Origin: an uncultured Gammaproteobacteria bacterium
Lineage (GTDB): Bacteria > Patescibacteriota > Patescibacteriia > 2-12-FULL-60-25
NCBI GenBank assembly: GCA_964482085.1
Contig: CAYZVS010000004.1
Coordinates: 11,878 to 75,877 of the forward strand
DNA length: 64,000 nucleotides
Direction: 5' to 3'
The notes under the pieces were generated by a model. The model was not told the DNA's origin and did not search any database. It saw only the letters and a list, made by a program, of their open reading frames with translations. How positions within the stretch are numbered: position 1 is the stretch's first letter; each line of letters starts with the position of its first letter. Below, piece by piece: positions 18,860-26,012 of the stretch. A program made the translations under genes and the position numbers.

Positions 18860-21186
18860 CGTCGTAAACCCTTGTATTCAGACGTATTTGTAGCGACGTC
18901 CACGGGAGCAGCAGCTTCCGGAGTTGGCGCAGATACCGGTACTATCGACGATGCCGCCTGCGGATTCTGAAGCGCCTGTAATGCCGATTCCGTTGTCGGA
19001 TCGATGGCATTTGCCGCGCCAAGCAATTCCATCGCGAGTTCTGGCTGTTTACCGACAATCAATTTATAAACAAGTTGCGCATAGACATCGCCCGTTGCAA
19101 CTGGATAATCCGTCGTAAGGCCAGCAGTAAACTTTTTGATTCCATCAACATCGCCACGGATCATCAATGCATCCATGACCACGACGAGTTCCCGTGCGCT
19201 CTGCAAACGATACGGATACGGAACTGATAATGCTTTTTGAATATTCTCTGCACCAGCTTCAAGTTCATGCTTGTCGTACATCGTAGTGATGCCAAGATTC
19301 CAATATCCTTCACCGTAGTCAGGATCAAAAGAAATGACATTACGGAAAATATTAATAGCCGGTTCCAGATTGCCGGTCATTAAATACAACCGCGCCAAAC
19401 CGTAATGCAGCTGCTGTCGTTTAGGGCTGGTCTGAATTGCGGCTTGATATTGCTGCTCGGAAACTTGCGCCTCACCAGGAATAAGCGAGATCATTTCTTG
19501 CGCTAAACGAGCGTAGATAAATCGTGGATGCGTATTGTTTGGATGACGCGCAATTTCCTGCTCTGACAATTTCTTGGCGAGCGCATAAAGCTCCTGCCAC
19601 TGTGGAACGCGCTGAATACCTCCAGATGAAGCAAGTGAGATCATGTTTCTGGCAAGCAAGAATGACTGCTCATCAAGATACGGGGTCCATGTCTTGGACG
19701 CCTCGGTTGCAAGTTGCAACGACACAGCCGGATTCACACTAAAGACCGCATTAGATTGCAGGGCAAGCCGAGAAATCATGAATGGATTTATAGACGTACG
19801 TAACACGAGCAGACCCATCACAATCGTCAAAACAATATAACCCGTCCAAGGCGCATTAATAGTTCCTACCTCTTTATGCTTTTGTGCCATCGCCTCCTTT
19901 TCTCCAACAAACTCACCTTTTGTTGCGGCGATAATGAGAGCAAACAACAGATAACTCATCGAGAAACCAGCCGGATGATCAAACACAAACAAGTTCTGGA
20001 CAAAGTACGCCACAGGCAGTGAGAACAGGATCGCCGCAATTGGTAAATCGATATATTTTTTGCGATAAGCCCTGATCGTGCTGTAAAAGATCGCACCGTA
20101 AACTCCAAAGAAGGTTAGGAAGCCAAACAAACCTGTCATCGACAAAACATCCATCACTGTATTATGCGCCCGATCAAACCAGGTTTCATACGATCCAAAG
20201 CGCAAAGAAATTGGATTGTATTTCTGGTTAAAGAGAATATGGAAGTTATCAAATCCCCAACCGGTAAGCGGACGCTCGACAAAACCCTGCCACGCAATGT
20301 CCCAAGCGATAAGACGCGTACTAACAGCCCCCTGAAAATCAACGAAGCGATACAGCGGAGACTCGCGTATAATTGGCTGTTCACGCACAACATACAATGT
20401 TCCATAGCCAGCAAACAAAGCTAACAAAATACCAAATACACCAAAGCGTAACTTTTTATTTTTGGTAAAAAGCGCTGTAAAGAAGGCAAAGGCGATTAAA
20501 CCAGCTGTAACTCCGACAAGCGCACCACGCGACTGCGCCAACAAAAAAGCGATGATATCTAGACAGAAGATCAACACATACGCGATGCGCCAGTTTTTGG
20601 ACGTATTTCTCCAAAAAAGCAAAGCCAAGAAAAAGAAGTTGAAAATCTGATACGCGGCCATGTAGATCGGATTATCAAGCAATCCTCCCACACGTGGACC
20701 AGCCGGAAACATGAGCAGATTAGGATTCATTTTCTGCATGATGGCCACGATAGCCATGATGGCTGAGAGTGCCACCTGATAATGCAGGAGCTTCTTCCAT
20801 TGTTCCCAAGTTTTCATGACACCCACCGTCATCGTAAGCCAAGCCAAGAAATGCAAAAGCGTAAACAAGCCATTCATGCGCTCCTGATTCCCCCACCAGG
20901 CACGATATGGATCAGACGCAAACACAACAGACAAACCAATCGCAACAAAGTAAGCCAAAATCGCAAAATACAAAACATGCTTCTTGGGGCGATAAACCGG
21001 CTCCATCCAAGCTAAAGCAAGATATGCAGGAAAAGTCAGCCCAACCAGAACTTGAAAGAAGATGAGCTTAGAAAAAACAAAGGGGAAAATGACGACAGGA
21101 ATAAATACCAAGGGCAAAAGTAGCCCTCCGTAGACCCCGAGCATGCAGATCGCCTTAAAAAACTTGATGGCTTGTGAGCGGTTCAT
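18856..21186 (-). CDS. O-antigen ligase/polymerase-like (Wzy_C) polytopic membrane protein with C-terminal TPR domain
   Basis: About 12 hydrophobic helices. Wzy_C-like blocks are LAQSRGALVGVTAGLIAF and RAHNTVMDVLSMTGLFGF. The C-terminal ~300 aa carry TPR-like repeats (LARLYLMTGNLEPAINIFRNVISFDPDYGEGYWNLG). I chose ATG 21186 over the track's TTG at 21210. Confidence 0.75.
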   Translation of the reverse strand: MNRSQAIKFFKAICMLGVYGGLLLPLVFIPVVIFPFVFSKLIFFQVLVGLTFPAYLALAWMEPVYRPKKHVLYFAILAYFVAIGLSVVFASDPYRAWWGNQERMNGLFTLLHFLAWLTMTVGVMKTWEQWKKLLHYQVALSAIMAIVAIMQKMNPNLLMFPAGPRVGGLLDNPIYMAAYQIFNFFFLALLFWRNTSKNWRIAYVLIFCLDIIAFLLAQSRGALVGVTAGLIAFAFFTALFTKNKKLRFGVFGILLALFAGYGTLYVVREQPIIRESPLYRFVDFQGAVSTRLIAWDIAWQGFVERPLTGWGFDNFHILFNQKYNPISLRFGSYETWFDRAHNTVMDVLSMTGLFGFLTFFGVYGAIFYSTIRAYRKKYIDLPIAAILFSLPVAYFVQNLFVFDHPAGFSMSYLLFALIIAATKGEFVGEKEAMAQKHKEVGTINAPWTGYIVLTIVMGLLVLRTSINPFMISRLALQSNAVFSVNPAVSLQLATEASKTWTPYLDEQSFLLARNMISLASSGGIQRVPQWQELYALAKKLSEQEIARHPNNTHPRFIYARLAQEMISLIPGEAQVSEQQYQAAIQTSPKRQQLHYGLARLYLMTGNLEPAINIFRNVISFDPDYGEGYWNLGITTMYDKHELEAGAENIQKALSVPYPYRLQSARELVVVMDALMIRGDVDGIKKFTAGLTTDYPVATGDVYAQLVYKLIVGKQPELAMELLGAANAIDPTTESALQALQNPQAASSIVPVSAPTPEAAAPVDVATNTSEYKGLRR

Positions 21187-21230
21187 AGAATACGGACAAG
21201 CATAGCACAACCCCTCTAACCCGCGGAACC

Positions 21231-21314
21231 TAACCTCTCTAAATCTCCCCTTCTACGAAGGGAGACTTCCTAATCAGAACCCTCCTTCGTAGAAAGGAGG
21301 GCAGGGTGGATTAT
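21231..21314. repeat. 84-nt double-hairpin repeat, copy A (3' flank of the DUF559 gene, overlaps its stop codon)
   Basis: taacctctctaaatctccccttctacgaagggagacttcctaatcagaaccctccttcgtagaaaggagggcagggtggattat. Two hairpins: tctcccc-ttc-tac-gaa-gggaga and ccctcctt-cgtaga-aaggaggg. A partial 11-nt copy of the repeat end (aacccctctaa) lies at 21209-21219. Confidence 0.75.
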
Positions 21315-21682
21315 CCCGTCCTTCTTTCTCCCATCTTTCGTTCCAATCGTTGAATCACTTCATCCAGCCTTTGTACAACCTCATCATTCCAAAATCTAAT
21401 CAGCTCAATTTTATGCGCCGCAAGAAAATCAGATCGCCTCACATCATATTCAGCTTGATCTTTATCACCATGAAAACGGCCATCCACCTCAATCCCAAGT
21501 CTCAAAGCGACACAAAAAAAATCCAGTACGTAAGGCCCGACAGAATATTGACGTAAAAATTTATACCCCTGAACCCTGCGCATTCTAATACGCTTCCAAA
21601 GCTCACTTTCCGCCTCAGTCATATTCCGACGCAACTCCCGCCGCCGATCCCTCAACCTCCGATCATTGTAAACATATTGCAT
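21311..21682 (-). CDS. DUF559 endonuclease-like domain protein (Vsr/PD-(D/E)XK-like fold)
   Basis: 123 aa. MTEAESELWKRIRMRRVQGYKFLRQYSVGPYVLDFFCVALRLGIEVDGRFH is a typical DUF559 signature. Confidence 0.8.
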   Translation of the reverse strand: MQYVYNDRRLRDRRRELRRNMTEAESELWKRIRMRRVQGYKFLRQYSVGPYVLDFFCVALRLGIEVDGRFHGDKDQAEYDVRRSDFLAAHKIELIRFWNDEVVQRLDEVIQRLERKMGERRTG

Positions 21683-21719
21683 TCTCTACTCCGTTCCATG
21701 CATTTTAATATCTGTCAAT
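21683..21719 (-). promoter_or_regulatory. conserved 37-nt leader ATTGACAG-N13-TGGAACGGAGTAG-AGA directly before the DUF559 start
   Basis: The same 37-nt architecture precedes yraN at 29872-29908. Identity is 8/8 at the 5' end and 13/13 at the 3' block. The element includes a GGAG Shine-Dalgarno. Confidence 0.4.
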
Positions 21720-21734
21720 CCTAATCTCCGACCG

Positions 21735-21828
21735 TAACCCCTCTAAATCTCCCCTTCTACGAAGGGAGACTTTCTACCTAATCAGAACCCCCTCCTTCGC
21801 AGAAGGGAGGGGGCAGGGGGTGGGTTAT
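21735..21828. repeat. 94-nt double-hairpin repeat, copy B (5' flank of the DUF559 gene)
   Basis: A direct repeat of copy A, with a 35-nt block 100% identical. It differs by indels CC and GG that lengthen both arms of one hairpin (8 bp to about 10 bp). The plus strand carries the G-run tract GGGAGGGGGCAGGGGGTGGG. Confidence 0.75.
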
Positions 21829-21831
21829 AAC

Positions 21832-21865
21832 AAAACAAACACCGCCCGAAGGCGGTGTTTGTTTT
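21832..21865 (-). terminator. rho-independent terminator of the giant surface-protein gene
   Basis: Perfect 15-bp stem aaaacaaacaccgcc / ggcggtgtttgtttt with loop cgaa, 20 nt after the stop at 21886. A/T runs lie on both sides. Confidence 0.75.
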
Positions 21866-21885
21866 TACCTGACTGACGCTAGGGA

Positions 21886-24800
21886 TTAGCGGGTCAAGGT
21901 CTGGGTCTGTGTGAGGTCTTCGACGTAGACATCGTTTGTCCAGTCAAATGAGCTACCCGGAGCCGCAAAGGTGTGCGGAACTTCCGAGAAGTCAGACCAT
22001 ACGAAGGAACCTGGCTGTTCAGCCGTACCATCGTTGTTCGTATCGAGGTTGATACCAGGGCTGGCGAGACCAGGGTTGGTCAAACCAGTACCAGCAATCG
22101 AACCAACTACGAGGTAACCCGTTGTTACCGTACCAGCGAGGTTGCGGGTAGGAGCAACGCTGACAGTATTGCCAGCGACCGAACCGGCTGGGGTGGCGTA
22201 CAAGGTGTACACGTTACCCGAACCAGAAATCGTCTCTTCATTAGTGAAGGTCACAACGATGCGACCCGTCAATGTAGCAGCGAGAATCGAACCCGACTCG
22301 ATGTTAGCACCGGCGTCATCTTCGACGGAGTAGTCACCGAGGTTAAGGTCCGTGGAACCCTTACGAACGCGGAAGTTCGTGAGAGAAATGGAACCGGTCT
22401 TCGAGAAGTCAAAGCTGATCTTCTTGAGAGCGACCGAGCCAGCGCTGTCAGCAGAAACCTGCATGCGGTACAAATCCTGTGAAGTACCGTCGGCAAGCGT
22501 CGTGGTTGAAAGCGTCTGACGCGTAGCAGTTGGCTTGGACTTGCGGATGACAAACGAGTTGCCAACCGTCGGGGAACCGGTCGAGTAGACAAGGTCACCG
22601 GAAGCAAGACCAACAGCGCGAACATTGAATTTGCCTGCGTAGTCAGCGCTCCAGTTACCTGAAGTCAAACCAGCACCAAGACCAAGTTGGACCTGGTTAC
22701 CGGAACGGACGACACCGGAGGTGGCACCCGAAACCGAGGAGGAAGACTGGACGTTATTAATCTTAGCCCAAAGCTGGAATGTTACAGAACCGTCCTTTGG
22801 AACCATGATCGGAGCAGACGTCAGATCCACGTCCTTGTTGCGCAAAGCGCCGGACGAGAAAATGTCGGAGCCAGCGACCACACCATCCTTCGCGACAGCA
22901 ATCATCGTGAAGTTGGCTGCATCACCCGTCGAAGTGACGTTGATGCGCTCAATGTTCATGGCTTCGAACTGAGCCGTAGCCTTGAATTGAGCGAGGTTCT
23001 GCCATGTGTCACCACCGGCGACGAGAATCGTCGACTGGCGGAGGTTATCTGCAGCAACAGTAAGCGTACCGCCGTTCTTGACCGTTTGGACCAAGACCGG
23101 AGAAACACCTGCGTTGGCGATGACGTTAGCACTCAACGTTGGGGTTACCGTGTTGGAGTCCTGGTCATCAGCCGTGACATCGTTCGCAGAAGCGATACCG
23201 ACAGCAAACTTGTCTTCAGGGCCACCGATAACGGAGTCGGCAGTACACTTAACAACAAGGGTCTTAGATGAACCGGCAGGGATCGAAGCATTCACGTTCG
23301 TGATGTTCAATGCACCTGTGGTGACATCTGGGGACTGTGCGTTACCAAGCTGAGTCGATCCGTCGAAAAGGGCACACGAGGTGACCACGTTTCGCAAATC
23401 GCTGCCGATAAAGCTGGCTGGGGCGGTGGAATCACCAGTACCCGTAAGCTTGACCGAGCGGATCAAGATCTGACTCTGGGAGCCAGCCGTGAACACAAAG
23501 CCAGCGGAAGCGATGTTCTGCTCCTTCTTAACAGCCGTACCGGCTGTTGGGGAAGCAGCGAGAGCGACCGAGAGGTTCGATGCCTTCACCGTCATCGGGT
23601 TACCCGCGATGGTGGTGTTCGGAACAATTTCCGAAGCTGGCAAGAATTCACCCGTGTCAACAATACGAATATCTGAAGTTCCATACAACGAACCGCCAGG
23701 ACCCATCGTTACACGGTACTGGTTGACGCCAGAGCCAGAGAATTGGCCATTGATGTCATCAGCACTGTTTGTGAGGTCAGTCGTGAACGCGAGGTTCAAG
23801 GTCTGGCCTGCACTGACGTTGAACGAGTCATTGAAGGTAAGCGTTCCGGAGTTGCTCGAGCTGGAAACAAGAGCCGTCGGCAACGAGATAGGACCCATAA
23901 CGGTCGCACCTGTGTCGAGGTTCTTGATCTTAAGGTCGCGGAAGTACTCTGTACCTGCGGAACCCTTTACCAACGCGTTCGGGGTAAGACCAGCGAGCGA
24001 GAACGTCATCTTGCGGATTTCGAGCATGCTGTCCGAAGCCGTGATGGCGAACTTGAACATAGGAACATCTTGGGCACCCTTGGCTACGTCAGATGTCGCA
24101 GGACCGTTGAAGGTCGTTGTGAACTGACCGCCCTTGGTTGTGACCAAGCTGAAGTTTGTGCTTGCACCATCAAACGAACCGTTACACGGGGATGTCGTGT
24201 CAATACAGACGCGAGCACCGGTACCGAATTCTGTGTCGATAGCGTAGACATCCGTCGAGTACTCGACGTAGGTCTTAATCGTGCGACCCGAGCGGCCAGC
24301 AACGGAAGCAACCAAGGAGAAGACACGCGTTGTGCCGTCGGTAACGAGATAAGCTGGGTTGAAGTTCAACACAATCTTATCACCTGCAAGCGATGGGGTC
24401 ATCGCAACAAGCGTCGTACCTTGATAGAGCTTCAAGTTGGTGAGGTCGGAGTTCGAGATGTCACCTGTCTGAAGAAGAGTCACGCGACGGACTTCAATGT
24501 CGTTACCTTGTGCAACGAGCTTGAAGTTGGCGATTTCAGCTTCAGAGGCGCCAATCTGCGGATCGGTTGGAGTCGTACCCTTCTGAACGTCGAGGCGGGA
24601 AGCCGTCGTCGTACCGATGGTAAAGACATTACCGCGGACCGGGAAAGAACCCGTAACCGTGGCACCCGTACCGGCCAAGACGACGGAAGCAGCGTCCGAA
24701 ATTTCGAACGAGTGCTGACCGCCAGCTGTGACGCCGGAGTTCGTGTCACCGACAACCAAGACCGAGTAGGTCTGACCGGCGGCGATCGAGATGTTCAAAC

Positions 24801-25758
24801 CGTTGAATTGAACCATGTTGGTCGACGAGTTGATCGTGCGGCCAGTGGTCAAACGCGTACCGTCAGCCTTGTACAGGTAGACGTTGGCGAAATCAGAGGA
24901 AGCACCGACGCCAACGCGGCGGACGGTAAGACCTGTGATAAGAGCGCCAGCAGCACCGGCCGTCAAGTTGTACTTGGCGAGCATGATGCTTGAAGCGCCT
25001 TGCGGAACGTTCTGTCCTGCTGGCGTGTCGGAAGCAAGAGTAACCGAGGTTGAGCCACCAACCATGGTCGTACCAGGGTTGATAACGTTAGCCAAGACAT
25101 CTTCGCGACCCGTTACATCAGCACCGTTCGGATACGAGATCGTCGTGGTGATGACATACATTGGGTTGAAGTTGTTGGCCGTGAAAGCAGGGTCAACAAG
25201 CTTGCGCTTCATACCACCCCAAATGACGTAGCGGCTAGAGTCACCAACGTAGGTGATAACCGTACCTTCTGGGTGCATGGCCGAAGAAATCGACGCACCA
25301 ATGGAGTAGTTAACGAAGAAACCATCCGGGACGTCGACAACGCGCGAGGCCCATGAGGAGCCGTAAAGCGAGATAGCGAGAGCCTCGGACTCGACCCAGT
25401 GAAGAACACCGTTTGGGGAAACAGCGTACACCTTAGGATCGGTCGTGATTTTCACGAGGTTGGTACCTGGGCGAATGGTGACGTTGCCACCAATCGGGTA
25501 CGAAGCGAGCTCCGAGTCCGAAATGGTCTGGACGGAATTGAAGTTCATGTACCACGAGAAGTATGTCTTCTCGTTAGGGAAAACGTAGCGCTTCATGTCG
25601 CTGGCAAAGTAGTAGACAGCAGGACCGGAAGCCTTGATGAGCTGACCAGGCGACGCGGCGGATGCCATGCTAGGAACAGCAAGCAATCCGGCACCGACGG
25701 ACCAAGTGATGGTCGTCAGAGCAACGAAGCTGGAGAAAATTTTCTTGAGAATATTCAT
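21886..25758 (-). CDS. 1290-aa secreted S/T/G/A/V-rich surface (S-layer-like) protein with divergent beta-sandwich-like repeats
   Basis: I trimmed the start to MNILKKIFSSFVALTTITWSVGAGLLAVPSMASA (Sec signal peptide). There is no LPXTG motif and almost no Cys. At least 6 divergent modules are visible (e.g. EVRRVTLLQTGDISNSDLTNLKLYQG..., ALKKISFDFSKTGSISLTNFRVRKG...). Spot counts on two 60-nt lines gave about 52-57% GC, against about 45% in one neighbouring line. Confidence 0.65.
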   Translation of the reverse strand: MNILKKIFSSFVALTTITWSVGAGLLAVPSMASAASPGQLIKASGPAVYYFASDMKRYVFPNEKTYFSWYMNFNSVQTISDSELASYPIGGNVTIRPGTNLVKITTDPKVYAVSPNGVLHWVESEALAISLYGSSWASRVVDVPDGFFVNYSIGASISSAMHPEGTVITYVGDSSRYVIWGGMKRKLVDPAFTANNFNPMYVITTTISYPNGADVTGREDVLANVINPGTTMVGGSTSVTLASDTPAGQNVPQGASSIMLAKYNLTAGAAGALITGLTVRRVGVGASSDFANVYLYKADGTRLTTGRTINSSTNMVQFNGLNISIAAGQTYSVLVVGDTNSGVTAGGQHSFEISDAASVVLAGTGATVTGSFPVRGNVFTIGTTTASRLDVQKGTTPTDPQIGASEAEIANFKLVAQGNDIEVRRVTLLQTGDISNSDLTNLKLYQGTTLVAMTPSLAGDKIVLNFNPAYLVTDGTTRVFSLVASVAGRSGRTIKTYVEYSTDVYAIDTEFGTGARVCIDTTSPCNGSFDGASTNFSLVTTKGGQFTTTFNGPATSDVAKGAQDVPMFKFAITASDSMLEIRKMTFSLAGLTPNALVKGSAGTEYFRDLKIKNLDTGATVMGPISLPTALVSSSSNSGTLTFNDSFNVSAGQTLNLAFTTDLTNSADDINGQFSGSGVNQYRVTMGPGGSLYGTSDIRIVDTGEFLPASEIVPNTTIAGNPMTVKASNLSVALAASPTAGTAVKKEQNIASAGFVFTAGSQSQILIRSVKLTGTGDSTAPASFIGSDLRNVVTSCALFDGSTQLGNAQSPDVTTGALNITNVNASIPAGSSKTLVVKCTADSVIGGPEDKFAVGIASANDVTADDQDSNTVTPTLSANVIANAGVSPVLVQTVKNGGTLTVAADNLRQSTILVAGGDTWQNLAQFKATAQFEAMNIERINVTSTGDAANFTMIAVAKDGVVAGSDIFSSGALRNKDVDLTSAPIMVPKDGSVTFQLWAKINNVQSSSSVSGATSGVVRSGNQVQLGLGAGLTSGNWSADYAGKFNVRAVGLASGDLVYSTGSPTVGNSFVIRKSKPTATRQTLSTTTLADGTSQDLYRMQVSADSAGSVALKKISFDFSKTGSISLTNFRVRKGSTDLNLGDYSVEDDAGANIESGSILAATLTGRIVVTFTNEETISGSGNVYTLYATPAGSVAGNTVSVAPTRNLAGTVTTGYLVVGSIAGTGLTNPGLASPGINLDTNNDGTAEQPGSFVWSDFSEVPHTFAAPGSSFDWTNDVYVEDLTQTQTLTR

Positions 25759-26012
25759 AGTTAGAATCCTTTGCAGGATTCGAGGCCCTTTAGATCCGTG
25801 CGAATCGTTTAGGGCGTGATGAGTAGTTACGACTCCAGTCACTCTGACGCTAATCAGAGGTCGACCTTGACGCCGGAGTGGGTATATTTCGAGCGCGAGC
25901 GAAAGGGGTCACCACATCTTTCGATGAGGTTCTCCCGCTCGTCAGGACGGCACTACGACGGAGTCGCAGGGTCGCCCTGTTGTGGCGGAAGAACAGACCA
26001 GCTCGCATTTCC

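Noticed and set aside
21973-25764. Series of long plus-strand ORFs (e.g. 23743-24993 at 416 aa, 23489-24127, 22687-23271) opposite the giant surface-protein gene
   Set aside because: These antisense frames stay open because of the strong codon bias of the minus-strand gene. Their products are Arg/Gly/Val-rich low-complexity sequence. The minus-strand frame is a continuous 1290-aa protein with a signal peptide.
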